From Candidatus Eremiobacteria bacterium (GTDB lineage Bacteria; Vulcanimicrobiota; Vulcanimicrobiia; Vulcanimicrobiales; Vulcanimicrobiaceae), in NCBI GenBank assembly GCA_963758295.1, contig CAVWUU010000004.1, forward strand, positions 640,001 through 704,000: a stretch of DNA of 64,000 nt, written 5' to 3'. The notes under the pieces were generated by a model. It saw nothing but the letters and a program-made list of their open reading frames with translations. It was not told the origin of the DNA and searched no databases. Of this stretch, positions 10,950 through 20,499 are shown piece by piece (position 1 is the stretch's first letter; every line of letters starts with the position of its first letter). Made by a program: the position numbers and the translations under genes.

Positions 10950-11210
10950 ATGGAGGGTTCAGGAGTGCAATTACCGGGTGACATGGACGAATTATTGAGG
11001 CGGCTGCTCGCCGAAGACGTTCCGCAACCGCTGCACGGGCGACGGTTCGAGCGGCTTTTTTCGGAGATCGACGACGGCGCGCCGGCCGTGCTGATCGTTC
11101 GCAACGGCGACGGCTCGCTGCGTGTGTTAAATTTCAACGTGAACTGCGGCGAAGCAGTCGAAATAACGGGCGCGGCGCTCCGCGCGATGTCGCGTACGCT
11201 TTCGCAGTAG
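10950..11210 (+). CDS. Small hypothetical protein
   Basis: ORF with plausible globular composition (ELLRRLL...AVLIVRNGDGSLRVL), convergent with the EAL gene. Start uncertain. Confidence 0.5.
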   Translation: MEGSGVQLPGDMDELLRRLLAEDVPQPLHGRRFERLFSEIDDGAPAVLIVRNGDGSLRVLNFNVNCGEAVEITGAALRAMSRTLSQ

Positions 11211-11220
11211 CGCTTTCGAC

Positions 11221-12879
11221 CTACGACCTTAGGAAAGCGGCAAACTCGTCGGCGGGCATGGGGGCGGCGATATAGTACCCCTGTGCCTCGTCGCACCCCA
11301 GCGTGCCCAAAACTTGCAGCTGCTCGCGCGTTTCCACGCCTTCGCCTATAACCGATAACCCGCGCTTGTGCGCTAGACGTATCACGCTGGCCGCGATGTC
11401 GCGTTGCAACTCTTGCCGTTCCAGCGGCACGATAAACGTGCGGTCCAGTTTCAGAACGTCGGCCGGAAGTTCGGCCAGATAACTAAGCGCGCTATACCCC
11501 GTGCCGAAGTCGTCGACGGAGACACGGACGCCCAAGTCACGCAAGGCCTGCAAATTTCGTGCGCCCGGGCCTTCCGGTTGCAGCATGGCACGTTCGGTGA
11601 GTTCCACTTCCAGCGCTCTCGGCTCGATGCCATACTTTTCCAGAGCCTCGCGGATCGTGGCTACGGTATCCGGGCTGCGCGCTTGGCGGACCGATATGTT
11701 GATCGCCATGCGAAGCGATGAAAAGCCTTCGCGTTGCCACGTTTGCAATTGCTCGCAGGCTTCGCATAACATCCAGCGGCCGAGTTCCAGGATTACGCCG
11801 CTGTCTTCCGCAAGCGGAATGAACTGATCGGGATTGAGAAAGCCGATCTCCGGACAATGCCACCGCATGAGCGCTTCTGCAGCAACGACTTTGCCGGTTT
11901 CGATCGAGATGATGGGCTGGTATACCGCGCGCAGCTCACGCTCCGCGACCGCATAGCGAAGATGCCGTTCGATGTTGCCACGCTGCCGTTGCGTGATTTC
12001 CAACTCCTGGCTGTACACCACTACGTGGGAAGGGACACGTTCGGCTTCTCGCAGCGCCGTTTCGCCGCGCCGCAGTAAGTCCATCACCGTGATCGATTCA
12101 GCGGGCGAAGAAACGACTGCGATTCGTGTGCTTGTCACAAGCGTGTCCGAGCCAACGGCAATCGGCTTTTCAAAGATCGCTGCGACCTGCGCGACAAGCG
12201 ACGTTATAACGTCCTCGCTCCCGCGCGGAATCGTAATAGCGGCTACGTCGTCGTTATACCGGTACATGGTCACGTTGTCCGGCGCCAGGCCGCGAAGAAT
12301 TTTCGTGATGGCCTTGGCGTTTTCGCGACGGCTTTCCAGCGATCGCGTCGACGTAGCGCCGACCCACTCGAAGCGGACCAGCACCAAGCCCGAATATCCG
12401 CGGCTCTCGTGAGCGCTTTGCAAGAGGGCCGTCCGGTTGGGCCATCCGGTGCCCGGATCGCGAAACGCTAATTCGTGCAAGCGATCGCGCTCTTCACGCT
12501 CGTCGGTTACGTCGGCCGCGACGACCAGTTCCGCCCACGATGATTCGCCGTCGATGCCGGCGGCGGCCCTCGCACGAAGCCAGCGCCATTGATTTTGGAT
12601 GCGGAATCGCAATTCACCGGTGAACGATTCGAATCGCAGCAGCGTCTGCGTTAGCCGTTCGGATTCGGCCGCATCGTCTTTGTGCGTAACGCGCTTGATT
12701 TCGTGCGCGATCTCGGCGAACGGAATTTCGTCTCGTTCAAACACCCGGGTGAAGAGACCGGCAACACGATAGGCCTTGCCGTTCCCCTCGGACCACAGAG
12801 TGCCGATTCCCGCTAGAGCCTGCGCGTCTTCAAGCGTCGATCGATACCCCGGGAACCAGCTTGCGCCTCGATCAAGCAT
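11221..12879 (-). CDS. PAS-like / degenerate GGDEF / EAL c-di-GMP phosphodiesterase
   Basis: DPGTGWPNR and YRYNDDV (degenerate GGDEF). Intact YQPI..AEALMRW, DDFGTGYS, LKLDR, EGVET, QGY. Confidence 0.9.
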   Translation of the reverse strand: MLDRGASWFPGYRSTLEDAQALAGIGTLWSEGNGKAYRVAGLFTRVFERDEIPFAEIAHEIKRVTHKDDAAESERLTQTLLRFESFTGELRFRIQNQWRWLRARAAAGIDGESSWAELVVAADVTDEREERDRLHELAFRDPGTGWPNRTALLQSAHESRGYSGLVLVRFEWVGATSTRSLESRRENAKAITKILRGLAPDNVTMYRYNDDVAAITIPRGSEDVITSLVAQVAAIFEKPIAVGSDTLVTSTRIAVVSSPAESITVMDLLRRGETALREAERVPSHVVVYSQELEITQRQRGNIERHLRYAVAERELRAVYQPIISIETGKVVAAEALMRWHCPEIGFLNPDQFIPLAEDSGVILELGRWMLCEACEQLQTWQREGFSSLRMAINISVRQARSPDTVATIREALEKYGIEPRALEVELTERAMLQPEGPGARNLQALRDLGVRVSVDDFGTGYSALSYLAELPADVLKLDRTFIVPLERQELQRDIAASVIRLAHKRGLSVIGEGVETREQLQVLGTLGCDEAQGYYIAAPMPADEFAAFLRS

Positions 12880-12915
12880 GTCCGTTTACTATACCACCCA
12901 ACGCGGCCGCAGCCC

Positions 12916-15898
12916 TTAGCTGAACAGCCGTTCGATGTCGTCCGGATCGAGGCCCAGCGGCGCATTGGAAGCTTCTTCGAAGAGATTGGCTGCCAGCGCG
13001 CCTTTCTGCGCCTGCAATTCGAGGATACGTTCTTCGACGGTGCCTTCCGCGATGAACTTGTAGACGAAGACATGTTGTTCTTGACCGATGCGATGCGCGC
13101 GGTCGGTCGCTTGACGTTCGACGGCCGGGTTCCACCACGGATCGTAATGAATAACCGTGTCCGCTGCGGTGAGATTCAGCCCCGTGCCGCCGGCTTTCAA
13201 GCTGATTAGAAACAGAGGCACTTCTCCTCGCTGGAAGCGGACGACCGGTGTTTCGCGATCGCGCGTGCTTCCGCGCAATTCCACAAACGCGATGTCGCGT
13301 TTGCGCAACTCCGGAGCGATGAGGTCGAGCATCGACGTGAACTGCGAAAAGAGCAAAATGCGCCGTCCATCCTCAATCAAGCTTTCGAGCATCTCGAGCA
13401 AAGCTTCCAGCTTCTGCGACTCCTGGACCGCCTTCGGCCGCCGGTAACTTCAGCAAACGTGGATCGCAACAGACCTGACGCAGTTTCAACAGCGCGTCCA
13501 GCACGACGATGCGGCTGCGCGAAAGTCCGCGACGCGCCACTTCGTCACGAACGCGAGCATGCATCGCGAGGCGGATCGTCTCGTAAAGATCGCGCTGTTC
13601 ACCGGAAAGCTCGATGCGTTGAACGATTTCGGTCTTCGGCGGCAACTCACTTTCGACGCGGTCCTTAGTGCGGCGAAGCAAGAACGGGCGAAGGCGCGAC
13701 GCGAGCGCCGTGCGCCGCAGCGTATCGTTACGCTTTTCGATCGGCGTTCGGAAAAGTTGTGCGAAACGCCGGCGTTCTCCGAGCAACCCCGGCACCGCGA
13801 AGGCGTAAATCGACCACAACTCCTCGAGGTGATTCTCGATGGGCGTTCCGGTCAAGGCGATGAATTGATCGGCGCGCAGCGAGCGCGCGGCCAGTGCGGC
13901 CTTCACCCGAGGATTCTTGATCGCTTGCGCTTCATCGAGCACCACGAGCGACCAGGTGCGATCGACGAGATGCGCGATGTCCCGCGGCAGCAAAGCGTAT
14001 GTCGTCAGCGCGATGTCGGCATCGTTGATGTCGTCGAAGCGCTCGGCGCGATCGGCTCCTGTGAGTGAGACCACGTGCAGATCCGGGACGAAGCGCGCGA
14101 TTTCCGAACGCCAGTTGGGAACGACGCTCGTCGGAGCCACGATGAGCACCGGTGCGCGAAGACGGCCCGCCGCTTTTTCGATCGCCACGTGCGCCAAAAG
14201 CTGGACGGTTTTTCCGAGGCCCATATCGTCCGCTAGAACGCCGCCGAAGCGATGCGCGCGAAGCGTTTGCAGCCACGCGACGCCATCATGTTGGTACGGA
14301 CGCAATTCGGTTTTAAAAGTTGCCGGCAAGTCGACACGCCGCGCTTCGAGCGATCCAACGGCTTCGATGAATTCGCGATAGGCCGGACGATTCGACCACT
14401 CGACGCTCGTGACGGCACGGTCCAAGTCCGCAATCGCCGCGGCACGAACGGCGGCGACCGAAAGCGCTCCGCTCTCGCCCAAAATTTGCGGGCCTTCGAA
14501 GAGTTCGGAGAGCGTCGCGAGCACTCGGGCGACGCGTGCCGGAGGCAGCGCAACGTATGCGCCGTTCGGCAAACGGCCGAAGATCGGCTCCGAACGCAGC
14601 GCCAACGTCGCAAGATCGTCCGATGCGCCTATGCCGTTCTCGGCAAGCGCCTGCACAAGAATGGGAAGCAGCGCAATGCGCTCGCCTTCGACGTCTATGC
14701 CTAGATCGAATTCAAACCACTGCGGCTGCGACTCACGCAACTCGGCGTGCCATGAGTCGCCGGCTTCTGCGATTTCGTAGGGGAACGCTTCCTCGACCTC
14801 GATCGCCCAACCCTCGCGCCGCAGTTTCGCGACCGTGTCGCCGAGGAACGCGATCCAGCGGCGCTCGTCGCCGTCCGGCATGCGAAGCACGACGCGATCT
14901 ACGTCGACCGCCGCATCATACGGCGGCTCGAGCGGCATCAAACCGAGCGCGCGTAAGTTTGCCAGCGCGTCCGTTTCGAATGAACGGTGACGCGGCCAGG
15001 TTGCGGCCCCGTTCGCAGAGTTCACGCGAAACTCGCGCACGTTCGAATTAGGCGCGATGATTTCGTCCCCGTACGCGAATGCGAGTTCGGCGACGGCAAA
15101 CGTGTCGGAGCCGGCGGCATGATTGCGCGCACCGAACGTGCTTAGGGAAAGCATCGGCGTCGGATCGCGTTCGATGACGCGAACGTCGACTTCGGCCTGC
15201 GGTCCTTCGATGCCGGCGGAGTCAAAGAGTTGGCGCAACGAAATTTGAGTGCGGCGCGCTTGGGCGGCCGTCAATGCGGGAGCGTTCGCGATTAAGGTTG
15301 CGAGGGACGCCGGTACGGCCGAGTGCACGGCGCCGGCCGAAAGCGAGTATGGATCGACGTACCATAGCGGCGACGCAGCGACGAGGACGCTTTGCGGCAT
15401 GCCCTCAACGTGCGGCCGCTGCCGTCCGTCATTGCCGATGCGCCAGGCGATACGCGCGTCTTCCGCCGCGCGCAACTGGAGCGGCGGTTCGGTAACGGAA
15501 CGCCAATGCAGCCGTCCTGTTTCGATGGCGACTTCCAACAAGGTCGCGAGTACCGCCGGCGAGACGCCGGAAAGTCCGCTCAACAATCCGCTCGCCGTAA
15601 CCAGCCTTCCGATGAGCCGGTCCACGGGCAGCGCAAATTTGGCGCTGCTCGTGGCGAGAGAATGGAGATCGTACGTTTGCGGCGTGCCGGCAACTCCGTC
15701 TTTGAGCAACGGCACGATGTACGCCGCGAGATGGAACGACGGCACGTAATACCGCTCGCGAATATCGATGGCGTAACGAATTTGCTGGCGAGCCACCGAA
15801 CGCGGTACCGCCCGGTTGGACGCCGCAAGCGAGTCGATCCAACTATCTACGGCACCGTCGGCAGCATCGCGCCGGCCGTCGTCTTGATTCAAAAACAT
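12916..15898 (-). CDS. SNF2-family DEAD/DEAH-box ATPase (frameshift near 13437)
   Basis: LRPYQ, LADDMGLGKT, LDEAQAIKN, LTGTPIEN, FLLRRTK, then LFSQFT, SLKAGGTGLNLT, DPWWNPA..QATDRAHRIGQ in the second frame. One extra base at GCGGCCGAAG. Confidence 0.9.
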
Positions 15899-15915
15899 AG
15901 GTTAACATTCAGCCG

Positions 15916-16890
15916 TTAAGGCTGGAAGAGCACCTTTCCGTGGCGTCCGGGAGTAACTGCCGCACGCAGGGCTTTTGCGCAGTCCTGAAGCGAATACGTC
16001 GCATCGACGGCGAGCGGCAATTCACCGGAGAGCGCAAGTTGGAACACTTCTTGAATCACGGCAAGCCGCTGTTGCTGCGAAGCGCGCTGCATCCACGAAG
16101 ACATCCAGAATCCACGCACGATGAGTTCATTGGAAATCATCAAGCTCGGATCGAGTTTCATGGCCGTGCCCGCCAAACCGCCGAAGACGATCAATTCACC
16201 GCCTGTCCCCAGCAGTCGCTGCATATCGATCGATTGCGGCCCGGCGATAGAATCTATCGCTCGAACGACGGGCGCACCGCCGGTCATTTCTTGCACGCGT
16301 TCGTGCCGGCCCTCCACGTCGGAAACGACGACGTTCACAGCGCCGGCTTCGCGCAGGCGTTGCGCCGCGGTTTCGCTGCGTACGAGATTTATGATATTTA
16401 CGCCGTTCTTCTGAGCCAGGCGCATGAGCATCGTCCCCACGGCGCCGTTAGCCGCGTTCTGCACGATCCAATCGCCCGATTTTACTTTCAGCTCTTGCAG
16501 TAGCACAACGGCGGACATCGGCATCGCGAGCAATTGCGACGCACGCTCATCATCGATCGCGTCGGGCACCGGCACAAGCGTTACGGCCGGTGCAAATGCA
16601 TACTGCGCCCATGCGCCGGTTGCCATAGCTGCGACGCGCATGCCCGTCTGCACGCCGTTTACGCCGTTGCCGATCGCATCCACGACGCCGGAGAGTTCGG
16701 TGCCTCCGATCGCGGGCAGCTCAGGTTTGTACCCGTACGTTCCGCGGATCGTCGCAAGATCGTGGTTATGAATGGGCGAGCGTAATACGCGAATGCGCAC
16801 TTGTCCCGCAGGTGGTTCCGGCACGGGCTTCTCGAGCGGCCTTACGACTTCTGCAGGGTCGCCAAATCGATCGTACTGCAAAGCGATCAT
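15916..16890 (-). CDS. MDR-family NAD(P)H oxidoreductase (enoyl-thioester reductase/quinone reductase-like)
   Basis: SPIHNHDL..IRGTY, PAIGGTE, QNAANGAVG, GKVLF. Confidence 0.85.
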   Translation of the reverse strand: MIALQYDRFGDPAEVVRPLEKPVPEPPAGQVRIRVLRSPIHNHDLATIRGTYGYKPELPAIGGTELSGVVDAIGNGVNGVQTGMRVAAMATGAWAQYAFAPAVTLVPVPDAIDDERASQLLAMPMSAVVLLQELKVKSGDWIVQNAANGAVGTMLMRLAQKNGVNIINLVRSETAAQRLREAGAVNVVVSDVEGRHERVQEMTGGAPVVRAIDSIAGPQSIDMQRLLGTGGELIVFGGLAGTAMKLDPSLMISNELIVRGFWMSSWMQRASQQQRLAVIQEVFQLALSGELPLAVDATYSLQDCAKALRAAVTPGRHGKVLFQP

Positions 16891-17010
16891 CCAGCGTTTC
16901 TTCGCGGCGGGACCTTCGCTTCCCACGTTCATACCTTTGTCGATTACCACGGGACATGGCAACGGCCGGCGGTTACCCGCCGGCCGTCCGAGGATCAAGC
17001 GCTCCGGTTA

Positions 17011-19374
17011 TTACAGAGCGTTTGCTAGTGCCCAGCCTTTGGGCGTTCCGATACCGGCAGCTTGGTTGTACTGCGATGCATTGCACGAATAGGCGATATT
17101 ATTGCCCGACGTACAAGGCGTGTAGTACGTGCTATAGCCCGACGACTTGAACAGACTGTAGATCGTCGAGTTCAACCATCCAAGCTTGGAGCCGTGGAGT
17201 TGGTCGGATTCAAGGAATAACGCAACCGATGCGGGTGACGACCACGAGGTACCGAGATACGATGCGAACGCACCGCCCGTATACACGGCCACCGGATCGA
17301 ACGGTAATGAAATATCCGGTTGGTTTCGTCCGGAGGTAATCATACCGGCGACACCGCTCTGCCAGCTCGGAAGCGCGACAACCGTCGATACGCCGCCGCC
17401 GCCGTAGCATTTGCCGCTCGCGCTTCCGCACGATGCACTGCCCGCCGTCACCGACGTGAGCACACCCGAGGTGTTATACGCGAAGTTGACGCCGCCGATG
17501 GACGTGAAGTACGGGTCGCCGGCCGGCGCGCTGACGCCCTTCACATTATCGCTGGTGCCGCATTCGTTGGAACCCGAATCGCCCGATGAAGCTGAGAATT
17601 GAACGCCTTCGGCCGCACCTTGCTGCGCGATGGAGTTGGTCGCTGATTCAAAGGTCGGATCGCTCGATTCGCATCCGCCGAACGAGGAATTGATGGCGAC
17701 GGCTTTTCCGTCGGTCAACGCCTGATTGTAGGCATCTTCGATCGCCTGATCGGTGAGCGAGCCCATATCGTAGACGATGATGTTTGCACCGGGAGCAAGA
17801 CCTGCGATCGTTTGTACGTCGAGGTCGGTCTCCGGATCGTCGCCGCTGCCGCCGCCGTCGACGGCTTCATTCGTAACGGTGCCGGTTTCCGTAACACCTG
17901 CCGCCGACAGGTAGCTATGCAGATAGCTGGTGTTTACCGGATCGTCGATGATGACTGCGGCGGTGTAACCCGCGCCGTTGCAGCCATGCTGGACCGGATA
18001 GTCAAACGGTTTTGCGACGCCCGTTGCGAGCGTTCCGCTGGAGTTCGAAAGCGGTCCGTTGAGCGCTGCCGCACCATTGCAGCCGCCTGCCGGCGTCGAA
18101 GTCGGCGCGGCCGTTGGCGTAGACGTCGGCGACGCCGTCGGCGACGAGGTTGGTTTAGCGGTCGGCGTTGCCGTTGGAGACGGCGTCGGCGTGCTCGTTC
18201 CACCGCTCAGGTTCAACGCGGTCGAATCGATGAAGAAGTCGGTCTCGTAGGAGCCATTCTGCTTCGACGTCCACTTGATGGTCGCGTTTCCGCCTGCGAA
18301 CGACGACAAATTCACCGTTTGCTTGACGTAATACCCGTTGGTTTGATTGACGTTCGAAAGCGACTGAACCGTCGTGCCGTTGACGCTGAGTTTCAGCGTG
18401 TCGGTCGCCGTGTTCGGCTCGTTGCTGCCGATGTACAGATAGTACGTCAGCGTCGCCGTGCAGCCCGCGGGGATAGCCACCGTCTGCGAAAGCGAATCGG
18501 TTTCAGGAGACGTGTAGCCGTCGAGCCACGCAAACCAACTGCCCGAATACGCATACGGCGAGTAGTTATAGATTACGCCCGAAGAGGACGTCCAATTCAC
18601 GGCTCCGGATTCGAAGCCGGGATTGAGCAGCAATTGGCCGGTGCATCCGGCGGCCGTCGTGCGCAGCGTTTCCGGCGCTTCCTGGCTCGCGGCTCCGCCG
18701 GGCTGTTTGCTTCCGGGCTGCACTTTAATGAAAGGACGCGTGAGCCCGTTGTCGGCATCAACTTGCGTTTGGGCAATAACGACGTTGCTCAGTGAGGCGG
18801 TATGCACGTATTGCGAGATCGCGGACGGAACCGTCGCGGGCGTCAAGTTCGCAAAGCGTTGGCCGTACTTGCCTTGATTCACGTTGTGCATTTGTGTGCC
18901 GAAGTACCGCTCGACCGTCGCCGTGGGCGCGGTCGCATCGATCACCGTCCGATTCGCATAACGCTTGGTGATCGTAAACCCGGCTTTTTGCAATGCCGAA
19001 ACGACCGCTGCTTCTTGCTGCGCGGTCGGCGCGTAGGTGGCGTTGAACTGCGCCGGCGTCAGAAACGCATGCGTTCCGTGTGGACCGCTCGCGGCAGCAA
19101 TGAATTGATCGAGCTGATCTTGGTGGTTGTAATTCAAGGTAATGGCAACGGAAACGGGCGCAAGCGCGGCGCGACGGCCGGCGTCCGTAAAAGCCAGTTT
19201 CCCGTGCGTCATGGGGACGGAAATCGCCTCAGCCCGCGACGACGCATTGGTAAGACTCTGTGGCGTCGTCGACGAGGGCTCCAGATTGGGAAGCGACGAT
19301 TTTCCGCCGCTACAAGCGGCGAGGGCCATGGCAAGGATCACCGATCCCGCCAATGCCCGGCGAACTTCGTGCAT
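17011..19374 (-). CDS. S53 (sedolisin/kumamolisin) peptidase lipoprotein with internal CBM-like domain and Pro/Thr linker
   Basis: GAGGT RBS, lipobox LAAC, pro-kumamolisin domain (FLTPAQFNATYAPT), ETDLD, SSGDSG, GGGGVS, RNQPDIS, GTSWSSP. Confidence 0.88.
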   Translation of the reverse strand: MHEVRRALAGSVILAMALAACSGGKSSLPNLEPSSTTPQSLTNASSRAEAISVPMTHGKLAFTDAGRRAALAPVSVAITLNYNHQDQLDQFIAAASGPHGTHAFLTPAQFNATYAPTAQQEAAVVSALQKAGFTITKRYANRTVIDATAPTATVERYFGTQMHNVNQGKYGQRFANLTPATVPSAISQYVHTASLSNVVIAQTQVDADNGLTRPFIKVQPGSKQPGGAASQEAPETLRTTAAGCTGQLLLNPGFESGAVNWTSSSGVIYNYSPYAYSGSWFAWLDGYTSPETDSLSQTVAIPAGCTATLTYYLYIGSNEPNTATDTLKLSVNGTTVQSLSNVNQTNGYYVKQTVNLSSFAGGNATIKWTSKQNGSYETDFFIDSTALNLSGGTSTPTPSPTATPTAKPTSSPTASPTSTPTAAPTSTPAGGCNGAAALNGPLSNSSGTLATGVAKPFDYPVQHGCNGAGYTAAVIIDDPVNTSYLHSYLSAAGVTETGTVTNEAVDGGGSGDDPETDLDVQTIAGLAPGANIIVYDMGSLTDQAIEDAYNQALTDGKAVAINSSFGGCESSDPTFESATNSIAQQGAAEGVQFSASSGDSGSNECGTSDNVKGVSAPAGDPYFTSIGGVNFAYNTSGVLTSVTAGSASCGSASGKCYGGGGVSTVVALPSWQSGVAGMITSGRNQPDISLPFDPVAVYTGGAFASYLGTSWSSPASVALFLESDQLHGSKLGWLNSTIYSLFKSSGYSTYYTPCTSGNNIAYSCNASQYNQAAGIGTPKGWALANAL
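18090..18200 (-). repeat. Pro/Thr/Ser linker repeat (PTxxPT) inside the S53 gene
   Basis: TPTPSPTATPTAKPTSSPTASPTSTPTAAPTSTP, with recurring GTCGGCG/GTTGGCG units in the DNA. Confidence 0.8.
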
Positions 19375-19500
19375 CAAAATACCTCTATAAGAACAGCGGT
19401 TACCGCACGCGTTCTGCGGCGGTCCATTCACCGTAGAGCCAAAAGGCCGCCACGAAAAAGCCCCGATACCCACCTAGGTGCTTTTTGCACCTAAGCACCT

Positions 19501-20265
19501 CTAGGGAGAGGGCAAGGCTGACGGTGACGGCGTGGCCGGCGGAGCAACCCCGTCGATCGTGCCGCCGGTGCGGCTGCGAAGGGTCGCTGCGTCGACTACC
19601 GTGCAGCCGGTGCGTTCGAGCGCATTGCTGCATGCGACGGTATTCTTAAAGCTGGCGCCTTCGAGCCGGGCGCCGCGCAGATTGTCGCAGCTCAGTTCGC
19701 TCTTGCTGCCCTTCATCGAGTACGAGCATAGCGATGCTCCGTCGAGTTTTGCATAGCTCAGATCCGCGTTGCCGAAATCGATCGACGTGAGCCGTAATCC
19801 GGAAAGGTCCGTTTTCGAAAGCATGCTGTTTTGAAAATTACAGCTAATGCATCCACCCAGCAGCTCACGCAGCGAACGGTCGGAGATTGTCGCATGAAAC
19901 CCGGCGAAGTTCGCTGCCACAATTCGCGTCTCGTCGAAATTCGCGCCGTCCAGCTTTGCGCCTGAGAAATTGCACGCAATGCATTCAGCGCCGTGGAAAT
20001 CCGCGTTCTCGAGGTCGGCACCCGCGAAATTGGCCGCCACGAGTTGAGAGCGCGCAAACGAAGCGCTGCGCAATTTGGCGCCGGCAAAATTGGCGCCTAC
20101 GTACGTTGCCGTCGTAAAATCGGCATTTTGTAACGATTGGTTCGAGAGGTCGCAGCCGCTGCAAAACTTCGGCAGGGGCATTGCGGCCGCCGGCGATGGC
20201 AGAAGACCGAGCAGAAAGCCGACGACGATACCGAGCAGACCCGCGACTTTTAGAAAACGCGCCAT
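19501..20265 (-). CDS. Secreted pentapeptide repeat protein with CxxC caps
   Basis: GGAGG RBS, signal peptide, CSGCDL, ANFAG/ADLEN/ANFDE pentapeptides, several Cys pairs. Confidence 0.85.
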   Translation of the reverse strand: MARFLKVAGLLGIVVGFLLGLLPSPAAAMPLPKFCSGCDLSNQSLQNADFTTATYVGANFAGAKLRSASFARSQLVAANFAGADLENADFHGAECIACNFSGAKLDGANFDETRIVAANFAGFHATISDRSLRELLGGCISCNFQNSMLSKTDLSGLRLTSIDFGNADLSYAKLDGASLCSYSMKGSKSELSCDNLRGARLEGASFKNTVACSNALERTGCTVVDAATLRSRTGGTIDGVAPPATPSPSALPSP

Positions 20266-20499
20266 GGCTCTTCACCTCCACATCGAGAAACTAAACAAAG
20301 CCCTAGAACGTTCGCAGCGCAAAAGACCGCCTCTTCTTCCCGTTTTGCTTCAACCTCGACATAAGGAACGAGTTTGAATGCAGCCGGCATCCGGGGTGAG
20401 TGCGAACAAACGCGTTCGCGCGATCGTCCGATCACGAACGCCGCCGGGGTTTCCTCTGGCAGACCAGGCCTAAAACGGGCACGCTAGGAATGGTGCGGC

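Noticed and set aside
20403..20418. CGAAC-AAACGC-GTTCG resembling a LexA box
   Set aside because: The spacer is 6 nt, not 4, and the flanking genes have no SOS link.
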